From: Lepidodermella squamata
Lineage: Eukaryota; Animalia; Gastrotricha
NCBI GenBank assembly: GCA_047495785.1
Contig: JBLDXI010000031.1
Location: 806,001-870,000, forward strand
Direction of reading: 5' to 3'
DNA length: 64,000 bases
Part shown: one piece after another, positions 24,025-36,512 of the stretch
Numbering within the stretch: position 1 is the first letter of the stretch
Layout of the letters: each line of letters begins with the position of its first letter
The notes under the pieces: model-generated
What the model was told of the DNA's origin: nothing
The model's database searches: none
The model's input: the letters and a program-made list of their open reading frames with translations, nothing else
Made by a program: the position numbers and the translations under genes

Positions 24025-25746
24025 TTACAAAGCAACTGAAAAAACTACCGGATCTGCTACTGAGTTTCTGGGCTTTGAAAGCCTCACACTCAATTTATGA
24101 ATCACCTTGATATGGGGCCTCGTATCGTTTGGAACTCCAAAGAATTCAACAGCTAAGAAACCGACCAAACTCGCTATGCAAGTTAGAAAAAGTATTAAAA
24201 GCTGCCACCTTGAAAAATGAAATTTAAAATAAATAAACTGAGTAGGGCTGAAACGAACTTGAGCAGAATTTTGGCACAAAAGAAGGAAACCGCAGAGGCT
24301 ATAGCTTGGATGAAATAACATAACGCAAAACCAGCTGGTACCAACGGGGTGCCACCATATAACCGGGCCAGAAGGCAAAGAACGGCATTGACCAGCAATG
24401 CATCGCCAAAGCCGAGGAGGAAGGCCGAGACTATTGCGATATAACGAGCTGAAAGTAAAACTTCAGCTTGGGTATCGCCAACAGTGCAGTTATCAGGCAT
24501 GTTGATGTACACCAGGTTATAAGCAATTGTATGAAGAATGAAAGACGTGACTACCAAAGGATCTCGGCCGTACTTTAGTACCAATTTCTGGCCTAAACAT
24601 ATCATCAAAGCTGAACCTGTGACTTGCGCGATTCCGGTGGTTAGGCCAATCACTCCAATGGAGGCTTTCGGGTCTTCAAAGTGCAAATTGTGCCCGACGC
24701 AGGCGGGGAAGATCCCTCTGAAACTTAAATTTACAAAAACCAAGACAAATTCTGTTTTTACCTCTGGAACGAGCCTGAAAGGCCGACGTATGCAAATGGG
24801 AAACACATCAGGAGCAAGTTTTTTGTCCGTAACAAATTCCAACATTTTCCTGTACAATTTACAATCTAGTAATCGTATATTTGATTAGAGGACTCACCTA
24901 GGGTAGCTAGGACTTTGCTACAGGTTTTACCACATTCGCTCAGTGAAATGTGGTGCCTGGGGGCCATATTTGGCATTCGTCTTATTAAAAGCAGTCCCAA
25001 CGTGCCTGCAGTCGCAATTCCAGCCAGAGTTGAGAACAGGATGAGCCTCGACTTGGCATTGAAGTCATCTTGGCCTTTAAGCAGCACGAATTCAATCATA
25101 TTCCCGATGATGAGACTTGACTGGTAGAGAAGGCGGAAGATCGCTGTGTTCCGAGTCATAGTCTTCTCATTTGAGCATTCAGTCAGGAGAACACCCTGTG
25201 ATGTCCAAAGAACAGCTGCGCCTATACCGAGAAGTCCAGAGCCCAAATACAAGGACCATTCCATTGGATAGATGAAAACAGCAGCATAAAGACTGATAAA
25301 TTTAGATTCTTATGAAATGTGTTTCGAAATTGAGTGAAACTACCAGTAAGGTATTGCGCCCATGACTAGTGAGAATTTGAGGCCACAAAAACTCAGAACC
25401 ACGGGAGCTAACCAATTCGCAACGGCTAGCACAATGTTCATGATGGAATTACTGGCAAAAAGTTCTCAGAAATGAAGCATATTTTGAGAATGGATCATTC
25501 CTACCTTAAGTAAGCGTCCCCTTTGAAAGTTCCGTTTGTCTCAATCTCAATGTCTGCCAATACATTTTTCTGTAAATTTTACGAAAATATGCCCCACATT
25601 GGATAATTGCATTGAATAATCCTTACTGCTGTAAAGGATGTGGTAATGTAAGCTGTGAATATGAGCATGAAACATAGCCCAAGCAGGATAACGTTGTACA
25701 ACGGAACATTCGCCCAGCATTTAGTCCCTGTATAGCCTGCTGCCAT
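24025..25746 (-). CDS. MFSD11: UNC-93-like MFS membrane protein (MFSD11-like), multi-exon
   Basis: YNVILLGLCFMLIFTAY, GIGAAVLWTSQG..LT..S.E.TM.RN..IF..L.QSSL..GN, YGRDPLV, FLLGFGDA, WQLLIL; short GT-AG introns. Confidence 0.85.
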
Positions 25747-26406
25747 AGTATGTTAGTGTCAGGACGATTTCGTCCGATATTGATAGAAAAGTGCCACACC
25801 GTGCCCTTAATCTATCTTTTTTCATGCGGAGAGGGCGGATGCGGTTGCGTGCAACGAGATAAGGTCGTTTTTTACGATAAACTGCAGTTCAAACAGACCG
25901 GCAAGGTCAGCAAATAATGAGAATGCGATTCTCCACCCTCGCCTTCAGACTAAACAACCACAAATTAGCTAAGCTTGTCAAAGGGTCGAGATGTTAAAGC
26001 AATTTTCGGACATAGAAATGTAAATCGAGTTGAATCATTTATTTAATGAATTTTTCAGTGTGCTTATTGTAGCTATGAAATGAGTCCTAAGTAGGATATT
26101 GTGAAGCCGAAAGAACCCGTCGTGGCACTCGTTGGGTGGCTGAATGGTTAGATAGCCCTCTGCTAGATAGTAAAAATTGTCAGATTTGCTGATTGGCTGC
26201 TGGGATAGCGCCGTGGCACCTGCACAAACAGAAGCCCGGATACATGGAACTCAGGTGAACTGTTGATTCACCCGGGATCACTATCGTCCTATCGTGCCAT
26301 GTGCCATTTATTATTTAGGAACACGAACATACGCCTATGGGATTACCTTTTATTAAATTTCTAATGATAACAGTTCACACCCTCACAAGCTTAGCATCTG
26401 CTACTT

Positions 26407-29160
26407 TCAAGGCGTTCCGAGAATCTGGGGACATTTGCTAGGGTCTACAAGATCGCTGCACGCTATTTGTTGGTTAATTGAAGAGCCAAGTCCAGCCAGG
26501 TTTGTGAAACGCACAATCTCAGCCTTCTCGCACGTTCCGTATTTGAAATATATCCCGGCCTAATGAAATGAACATTTTTGATAATAGGAAGATGAAGTTG
26601 ACATGGTTTACCAAGACCAAGCTTGAGTCTATGTCCGTTACTTGATCTCGAGGCTTCACAAGCGTTAACATCGCCCCGTTGACCAGATTACATGCCGAAA
26701 AACCTTCATGAGTCGTGGGTATGAAACACAGATAAAAATCATTGAATTCACAGCCTGATCCAACTTCTGTTGTCAGCCTTCCAGAGACATAGCCATACCT
26801 ATTGTCAAGAAAGCATGGCTCCTCAATAGAGCAGCTTTCTGCTGTGGTTACTGCATTTGGCATCCTAAGTCCGATGACGTAAACATTTTCAGACCACATG
26901 CTTTCAAAACTTATCGCCGCAAGTGCTATGTTATTTCGGCCATAGCGGTTGATATGTAAAGATTTTCCTAATAACTCTAAGACCGTGAAACCATAGGATT
27001 TGTAGATAGTCTTATAATCCTTAGAGTTGGCATTAACGCAGATATCGGGCAGTAGAAGGTAGCGATCCTCCAAAATCGCTGTTAGGCATTCTAAGCCCAG
27101 TTCAGTCCTTACGATGTTGAAGAAAGGGAACTGAGCGGGATCAATTGGCAAAGGTCCTTCTTCTGTTGCGAATTCAGGAGCCGTGGGGAATTCACTGTCT
27201 GCCATAGCTTGCCCGCTAATTTGCCCAGCCAGCCTACTTCGGCATACATCGTGAAGCTGAGCCAACTCATCGTAACTGAGCCACGTGCGATAAATAGTCA
27301 GACAAGATATCGCATCGCTTGAATCGCCATTTAGAGTCAAGCTAAATTGTTTCGTTGCCACGGTTGGTTTGTGGTAAATGAAGTAGACCATACCAAAGTA
27401 GTTGTACACAAAGAAATTATTAGAATTAAGCGTAATTGCGACAAATGTCCATTCCTCGTCGGTGATAACATCTTTCAGATTGAAATTGACTTGATCACTT
27501 TCAAGGATAAGATCTCCATCATTGTTTATTCTGAGGATGAATGACCACTCATCTAGTTCCAGGATCTTCCTGTCATTTCGCTTGGCACTTTTGCGTAAGA
27601 AAAACGCCACGCTAAAACTGTTTTCGATTTCCATTGGCAGATCAGTGGGTTTAACATGCAGAAGCCCGCGTGTAATGGCCATTGCTGTGTTTTTAGTGCC
27701 GAAAGGCCCGTCAACATAGGTAAGAGGCTCAGCTCCTAGTGTTTTGGTACTCCGAAAGCGGAAGGGGCCAATATCGATATTGGTGTTCTTAAGGTCAAAC
27801 AGCCACATTGCGATTAGATACATAGGCCTCGGGGAGAACAAATCTGTCTGAAAACGTAAATAATCAACATCCGATAAATAGCTTTTATGGCATGCCTAAG
27901 GCGGAAATCGAATTAATATGTAATCCTCGGAGCCTTAGCTGCCTTGTCAGTTCGCGACAGATCCTAAGCTCATCGCCAGTCAATTTTGCGGATCTTTTCG
28001 TATGCAAGAAAAATTCTGCTTTCGTTTGATTATAGCAGGATTGCATCGGAAAATCACAGGTTATGCCGCCATCTTTCAAGCTGAGAATCAAAACTTCCAT
28101 TATCGGGAAACCCACCCCATAGAAAGCATCCAGAATCTGAGAACAATGTGATTTTCGATGATTCAATGCACTTTGCATACTTCAATATACCCTGTTAACA
28201 GCGGACTGTCGAAGATCACTTCTGCCTTCACTTGGACGCAAAAACGGTTCGTACTGCTTGTCCTCCATTTCAAGAACACCACGAAATGCAGCTGTTGTGT
28301 AACGTAGGACATAGGAAATAAGAAAATTCTTTCTAGTATTAGATCTGCTAATTCATGAATTTTCCCCTTTGAACTTTTGCCCACTACACTTAACGAATTA
28401 ATAACGAAATGCCTTGTTATCGGTTACCTGGCTGAGTTGTGGAGGTTTCTTGGTGGTACAAAGAGCACGTTGAAATCACTTCCTTCATATCATCAGCCGA
28501 AAGAGCTATGTTGTAGGCCACAACACAGGAGAAAACTTCCCGATTCGTAACTCCCGCGGAAAGGGTCTGCTCTCCATGGCCAGTATCAATCGAAATATAG
28601 CCTGCAAGGGAAATTCTAGAAGGGATTGTGACCAGATTTTCCATTTCGTAAGTTGGCTCTTGTCCTACCAAGAGGCTCAAGTCGCCGGCATCTTGGAAAC
28701 TCAAAGCGATGAAATAAAATCGTCCCGGAGTGAAGTTAAAGCTGTTCCAAAATTTCTTTGTATACGATGGTCCCCTGACAGACACCAGAATGTTTTTAGA
28801 TGCATCAATTTCTAGGCTGATATTAGAATCGAGCGATCTGATTGTTGCAATTCCAATTTCACGAGCTTCAACAGTGTCTGAGAGGAAAAACAGCCCGAAT
28901 GTGAGGTCTTTTGAGGGAGGCAGCCAGTAAAGATTAAGTGGCCCGGTCGCTGATGCCGATGTTCTGAGAAATCCGAATGGTCCTGTGATATCACTGGAGA
29001 TTTCAGCATTATCGTCGCCGAATCTCTTGGACTTGAAGCTGACATCATTACTATCCGATAATCTGTCATAGGTTACGAGAAGAATCGGTTCAGGAATATT
29101 GCTGGTTGATCTATTAAAGCAACAAGTAAAACAAACGAGAAGGAACAACAGAATAATCAT
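26407..29160 (-). CDS. LamG-SEA-like-LamG-pseudoprotease family member A; apparently secreted (no anchor)
   Basis: Signal peptide, IPEP.L...D / GPFG / FSC LamG-like exon, second LamG-like plus dead trypsin exon (27841-~26610); last exon AGIYFKYGTC...CPQILGTP-stop. Confidence 0.7.
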
Positions 29161-29734
29161 GGGATTTTTATCTCTAAATGGATGATGAATTTTCACTCAT
29201 CGAAGTGTGAGATGTTGTCTTCTTTTGGCTCTTATCAGCATTAAGCGATATGTTATTTCAGGTCAAGTCCACGATACGATGCGTTTTATCGAAAAAGTGA
29301 TGAGTGCTTTCTCTGCTTTAATGTAAGTATTATGTTTCTCGCCTCAAAAAATTCATACTGTATTCCACGTCAAAACATGAATTCCCGGTTTTCTTGCTTC
29401 GGTACATATAACATTCGGTTTCTGCTGTTATTGGGAAAGTTCCGGAAACGACTATCCTCCAAAATTAAAGAAATACAATTGGATGCCGGCCTTTTGAGTT
29501 CAACTTACCCTATTCGTTAGTATGGGTGGACATTTTCTTGTCTCTATTTGAATGACGTTCAGTTCCTGAAAAATGGGTATCGATGTCTTGTGTAAAGCAA
29601 AATGTGAATACTTCAAGTTGTAGAATTAAAACAGGCTCTAGAACGTATAGTTTCTACTATCCGATACTATTCGATACACGATACTATTGCCCGGTATAGT
29701 GGATTGATTTAATACCAGAATCGCTTATCCGGTC

Positions 29735-30963
29735 TCAAATACGGTTAATCATTCTGCTAAAATAATAAGAGTTCACGATGATAAGAGAAATCGACGTTCC
29801 GGCTGCAACAATGCAATCCACCCACCGGATTGGCCTGAGAGAAAACAAACGCTTTCTCTCATTCCAAACACTCACCGCGATAACATTAGCAATCAATGAA
29901 TATACTGTCAAAAACACACACGTCACCATGTCTATCTGAACTAGGACAGCAAGGTAGACGGTATCTGAAGTTTTAGGAATATTTGCGAATATCAATGCCA
30001 GAATAACAAAGAAAGCTAAAGCAACGGTAACACCATAAGTAGCCCGATCAGGGTACGCTGGGTCCATGATTAATGAACTCAACTGAAGAACAATCAGCAA
30101 AATTACAGGCACACAAATCGCATTGATGTAATACGCGGATTTTCTCTCGAATAACATTTCCAGTGACAGAACAGAGAAACCCTCAACTTCAGATGTGTTG
30201 TAGGAGAAACCTTCGGGTAAAGTGTACCAAACATCAGATGAGCTTAGAAGGGTTTGAAAGTTGGGGTTGTATTCGATCCCATCAAAATATAAGTAGATCG
30301 CTCGATCTTCGGGTCTTAGCTTGATATTGCAGCTCATGCGATCAAAGGGAAAGAAACTCAACTGGAAACCCTCGCAATTAGTTTCCACGATGCGGGTTTC
30401 TTGGGAATAGCCGAAGACTTCCACATGAGATGCTTTGTAGTGAATTTCTGTGTTTTCGTATGGAATGAGGCGCATAGTTCCTACTGCGTTGATGTGATCT
30501 ATATCTGGCCGCCAAGATTTCTTCGCGTCACTTACGAGCCATTTTCCATATTCCGTTCCGTCGATCCATGAGACTTCTGTTACATTGAAAGGTTCGCAAA
30601 TACTCTTGGGCATTATCCACATGACCATAAACGTCGCAAATACCGACAGGCTAAATGAAAAGATTTATCCAAAAATTTATCCTCATCCAAGTCACACTGT
30701 CAAAGTATGTGTTACCTTTGCTTTAAATCATCTATAGTGATTATCCTGTCAAGATAACACCTTAGGCTAATTGTGATGGGTAATTCGTGAAGTGCGTTTA
30801 TTATGACGATATAGTTTGGTAGGTGTCGCTCCGTGGCTGCTGGGCATAGCTCGTTGAAAAATCGCCACTCGATTTCATTTGTAGCAGTAGAATATTCAGA
30901 ATCAGACGCGTGCACGGAGAGGGATTCTAGCAGAAATAAGGCTATAAAAAACGCGAGTCTCAT
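29735..30963 (-). CDS. Divergent Cys-loop channel subunit 3; intron 30651-30715
   Basis: Paralogue with the same intron position, CEGFQLSFFPFDRMSC, 4 TM. Confidence 0.9.
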
Positions 30964-32302
30964 TATCAGTTGTCGAAAAATATGAATCTCGAAGTGCAAC
31001 CAATCTTCGCACCAAAGATTGGCAAACATGAGCCTTGCGAGCTGCAATAATCAAGCCACGCGTTTTTTATGCAAATAAAGATACATGCATTGTTTCCAGT
31101 CGTTTTTTAATATTTTAATTTTGACTTTCAGCAGCGCTTTCAATAATGGTTCACCTGATGCTTCAGCATTCCGCAGCAACTGCAAGCTAGCTCGGTTTTT
31201 TTCGCATTGATTGTCATCCTTAAAATTCTGCAAAATGAAATCGCGGATTGCTTCTCCCGAGCGATTACGATCTTGGTTTTCTGCGGCCCGGTCGCACTGA
31301 ACCATGTTCAAACTGGTTTGATTTGATCCATCACACTCGCGGATGACTTAAATCTCGGCGACCCGTCACTTGAAAAACGTCGAGAAAGGCGAAAGTCGTG
31401 CCACAGCCTGGGGCGGGTGCCAATCGTGTCTCTATGGACCCCAAGATGAGGGTCGACACATCATTCAGCTACCCAATATTCCGAAATAGCAGGCGGAAAG
31501 CAGGAGAACCGGCAGCGGCCGAAAAGCAACAACCAACTTGCGACCCGACCGTCCTATTTATGGCCCCACTCTGGATCCCGTTCTCTCTATGGAGCCTTGT
31601 GCCACGAAACTTGTAGGCGAGCCATCACAATTTTGACCCTCCGCCACACCTTCACTTGTAGGCGAGAGTGATTCCATCGACGAAGTCGTGAAATTTCTCT
31701 TTTCGATAGCTATTTGTTCTCATCATGAGGCAGAACTCAAAGAAAGAATGCCGACAATTGGCAAGAAAAAAACGGCTTTCAGCTATTCGTGAATTCTTTA
31801 GACCGAATTTCGCACGACGCACATCTTCACCAGAGCCACCAGATGAAGCTATACAATCCCACTAAGAAAAGCCACTTTGTCACTATTGGACATTAAGTTT
31901 TATCCGTTTTCTACCTTATTCTCTTGGCGTCTCTATCAATTCTTGTCGCTATAGAAGTATGGTGCCAAGTTATCCACGAATTCGATTCAATATTGAACCT
32001 TTAAACTTTAAATTACTATGCCCCAGTTTCTGAGTGAATAATCACCAGGAGAGCAAAATTGATTCATGAATCATGGTGTGTTGCAACTTGCAACATCATG
32101 TGACTCTCAATAACCGGTCATCCCCTATTCAACCGATGTGCATGCATGCAATCGATTTTTTACAGCTTTATCGGAGTACCTATTGTTATTTTCATTGTCA
32201 CGTTGTATTTCGCACTGCGTTCATCGATCGAAAATAAATTGATTCGACGGTGCACGGCGGACTTCGATTGTTACCAAAGCGTAGATATACCTATTTGAAA
32301 GC

Positions 32303-33177
32303 ATGGCAGCCGAACCTCACCATCAACCGGTGAAGCACAAGAAGAAGAGAAAGGTCTCGAAGCCCAAAGAAAATCCAGCATATCAGGTGAAGTCTTCGCG
32401 TAGCACCCCTTGTCTCATTAATCAAAGGTTTAGGAGCTGATCGACAGATCTAAAGCAAATGACGTTCCAAGAGTCAAAGCACTCTTGTCTGACGAAGCCC
32501 TGCATTTGGACGTAAACCATCGGTATAAGGGAAATACACCACTTCCCATCGCCGCGGAAATGGGCTTTTCCGAGCTTGTGACCGTTTTGATACAGGCTTG
32601 TGACCACGGCGCCAAGGTCGACTTGTTGGACGGAAGCGGCTGGACACCGCTTTTCATTTCCGCCTATTTCGGCCAGTTGCATGTTTTCGAATTGTTAGCT
32701 GAGAAATTTGGAGCCAATGTTAATTTTACCGATGACACTGGATGCACAGTTCTCAACGTAGCGGCATATGCTGGTCACTTCAGCATTGTTCAGCAGCTGA
32801 TTGATCGGCATAACGTCGATGTAGAACCTGTTGATCATCAAGGCAATACAGCTCTCTCTTCAGCGGCGAGAAAATGTTGCGTTGATGCGGTAAGACTCAT
32901 TGGTTCGAAGTTCAAAGGCAACATCGAAGCTGAGGATTACCAAGGTAGCACCATTCTCATGACTGCCGCCCATTTTGGCCGGCACGAGGCTATCGAGGTG
33001 TTAATCAAAGAGCTTGGTGCTCAGGTCAACACGAGAAGCTCTGTAACAGGGAAAACGGCACTGATGTATGCTGAGACCAGCTCGGATATCGTTTCCGCAG
33101 ATGATAGAAGCAAAACTTTCGATGTTCTACTGAAGCATGGCGGCTTCAAACTTCAAACCGAAACTAGTCAATTATAA
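32303..33177 (+). CDS. Ankyrin-repeat protein with an N-terminal basic NLS; intron 32387-32433
   Basis: Exon 1 MAAEPHHQPVKHKKKRKVSKPKENPAYQ splices in phase 0 to about six ankyrin repeats (GWTPLF, GNTALS, GKTALM). Confidence 0.8.
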
Positions 33178-33347
33178 CTAGGTAGCTCGCCATGTTTACT
33201 ACAACGTTCCTCAAGCAGCTATATCTTGGGGGTCTAAGCTTCTTCATTAGATTCGAACATCTATATGGATTAATAAATCAATTTTGATTTCAGTAAAATA
33301 TGAGCGGTATCATTCATCCTTCTATCGAAGTTAAAAAAATGCGAAGT

Positions 33348-36219
33348 TCAAAAGGCGAGCACGGCAATGGAAGCGACAAATTGTAACAGAATGCAATTAG
33401 ATTCAGATTTGATAGCTGCATTCCGGCCATCTGTCGTTGCAATTACAGTTGTTTGAAATGAAACTAATGTGAGATCGGGACTTGTTGACGATTCGACCGT
33501 GTCTGCTGAGGTACTTTTACCTTCAGTCGACATTGGACTTGTTGCTTTTGGGGTGGTCGATATCGAAAATTTCGGTGAAAAGGTGGTTCCAATCTCGTAA
33601 ATGGGACATGCCATACCGGAGGCTGATAAAGAACCACAGGCCGCTGTTTCCTGAATCCATTTATTCAGCCTAACAATGCTTGCGAAACGAACCACTGTGG
33701 ACGAACTGCAGTTCGAATCTCCAAGATACATTCCCCCCTGAAGAAAAATCAAGTCAGCATTCCAGTAATAGGTAGCTATACTTCGAATTCTTTCACATAC
33801 CAAAATCAAGCGAGGCTGAGTCTGCGACTGAATGGCCGAGTCCGAAATTCTTAGAAAGGACAGGGTTGCACCTGGAAGCAGGTTACATACAGAAAATTTG
33901 TCACTGTTAGAACCTGGTTTCACGCAAATCACGTCATCTGTTTGACATCCAGGCTCAGATGTAGCTACAGTTCCCCAGAAATATTCTTTATCGCAACCCG
34001 GTCCTGTATGCCCATAAATGAATACGGGAATCGTCCAAATCAAGTCTGTCCCTGCGTAGGTGGTTAGAAGACCGATATTATTGTAGCCTGAAGGACTGAT
34101 TTCGAAGGATTCGCGGGCATAGACTATGGCTAATCCGTTATTCGTGCCCAAGGTAACATCAGAGCTAGGATTCACACAAGATTCAGTAGTCACTAGGTGG
34201 TGACCATCGAGAATGGCCCATACGCATCTGTTTACATGGAGGTAGAAGCGATGAAATTTGAATACATCGCAGGTAGGGTCGTTTTCTGGGAAAGGCAACA
34301 GCAACTGCCCGCTGCTACCAATCGACTGTCCCATCTGAAGGGGGGTGATCATCGCACGGCATGCATCGTAAACCTTCATTATCGCATCGTGGCCGAGAGG
34401 TTCGCCGTAGATGGTCAAACAAGCAATTTCATCAACACCATTGTACAAAGTGAAGGAAAAACGGTCTGTTTTGCTGAATGTTGAAACATCAGCAGAGAAA
34501 ATGAGCCCAAAATAATTGTAAGCCAACAATGCGCTGCGATTTTGAGCAAAGCTCAAAAAAATCCATTCTCCGACTGGAAGAATAGGTTTTGGAAGATTGA
34601 ACACCTTTGAATTCGACATTTTCATTTCAATCTCGCCGAGAACGTTGATTGACAGCAGGAATCGCCATGCTGGTAGTTGGAATAGCGCGCGGCGAATCAC
34701 TCGGGGACTTCTGCGCAGGAAGAAAGCCAAGGACCATCCGTTATCGATGGCGTATTTCAATAAGGAGGTTTTTATTTCTATATCCGCTTCTGTCAAGTTC
34801 AGAGCGCTACTTTTGGAATCAAATGGCCCGTCGACGTGTTTTGTGTTCTCGTTTGGTAGCCACAACTTTTCACGAAATCGATTCGGGCCGATATCTCGAA
34901 GTTTGTACTTGTGATTGAATGGCCACAAAGCGACGATCGAAGCCGGCTTTGGATGAAAAATCTCTGAAAAAATACAAACTTCTTGTTTCTTGGGCTATTT
35001 TGAGTCTTTTCCTACCCGTGTTGACAGAAAGTATCTCAATTGCAGGAGATTGCATTCTAGCTTCAATTTCTCGGCAGAAGATTGCATTTGATTTACCTAG
35101 GTCATATTTGACTGACATTTTGACGTAGCCGGCAAACGTTGCAAGAACCATTTGGCACGAAGTATTTCCTTCGCAAACAGCAGAGTAAGATGATAGTTCC
35201 AACATTTGCACAGCGTTGTCTCCAATTAACGGAATTCCGGCTTTTACTATTGAATTTCGCACCTGCAAAATGTTAAATTAGCCGTGAAATTTAAGCCTAA
35301 TACAGCGAAGCTAACATCTTTCATCGCCTGCATGGATATCACCGCTCTATCACCACTGCCGTGAATGCCGTACGATGCCTTCCAAGTATCATTCATGAAG
35401 TAATTGCCGACCAAAGTCGCTGCAATATAAAAAATAAGGAATTTATATGGGGAAAAAAGAAAAACCTGGCTGTTCGAGGGAGGCCCTCAAGTGGAAGCCT
35501 TTGCATAATACTATGACAGCTTCTAAATCCTCGTCGCTAAGGCGCGAATCAAACGCGGAAATGCAGGAAAAAGCTTGTCTATGAGTGATGTTCTCAGCAC
35601 CGGCTCGGCCAAATGTAACTTCAGGACGGACATTATTAGGGATATTGCCGGCGAAATACGTAGGAGAAGTATATAATTTGAACAAAGGCTCCGAGCCGAT
35701 TGTCATCGTTACATTTTCGCTGTCTACTGATGTGACTGCAATGAAGAAGAACGTTGCAATGGGATAAAATGAAGCTTTCATGACTAAATCGGTTTTGTTT
35801 TGAGAGTTGCTCTTCAGCTCGAATTTCCATCCCGAGTCGAGATTTCTGTAGATGTGAAATGTTAGGGTGATTTCCCAATCTCCTCTTTTATGCGAATAAA
35901 CCCCCACTGAACCACTGAACGTGTCCAATAGGAAAAAGAAGCAATGCGTGAAATCATGAGAAGCAGCGCGCGGTAGTTTGTACGAAACCAGCCCATCAGC
36001 GCTATCGTCAACCAACTGCGCTGAGGTTTGCAGAAATCCGAATGGCCCGGCTAATTCTTTAGACAGTGTCATTGGCTTGCTCATAGTTTGTTCCGCTGCA
36101 CCAATCACGTCATTTGTGCCTCTCAATCTATCCATCGGAAGTTGAAGGACAGGTTGAGGTAGGGATGACGCGAAATCACTAATCAGTGATAGACATAGGA
36201 TTATTTGAATGACGGCCAT
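33348..36219 (-). CDS. Family member B: LamG-SEA-like-LamG-pseudoprotease-S/T stalk with a GPI-type C-terminus
   Basis: Same exon structure as the paralogues; ends ...TTDGRNAAIKSESNCILLQFVASIAVLAF-stop (hydrophobic tail, no cytoplasmic part). Confidence 0.8.
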
Positions 36220-36512
36220 CGCGCGTTGATCTCAATAACTGGACTCGCTAAAGCGTAACTCAGATGGCTGGCTTCATGAAAAATAACATAACAAATAAAA
36301 TAATAAAAAAAAGTTTCGGGTAGGAATGTTTACCTGAAGCAATCTGCCACTTTATCAAAATATTAAAATTTGAGCCCATCTGTCGAAATAGAATAACTGA
36401 TAAAAGCTCGATTTAATAAAACCATAAATTGATAAGGAAAATGAAGGAATTCAGAACATGCCATTCTACTTTTTCTTAGCATCTCGAGATAGATTCTTGA
36501 GCAAAATTTGAA

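Noticed and set aside
33743-33799. Apparent extra peptide VCERIRSIATYYWNADLIFLQ in member B
   Set aside because: In-frame read-through of the conserved GT-AG intron present in all paralogues.
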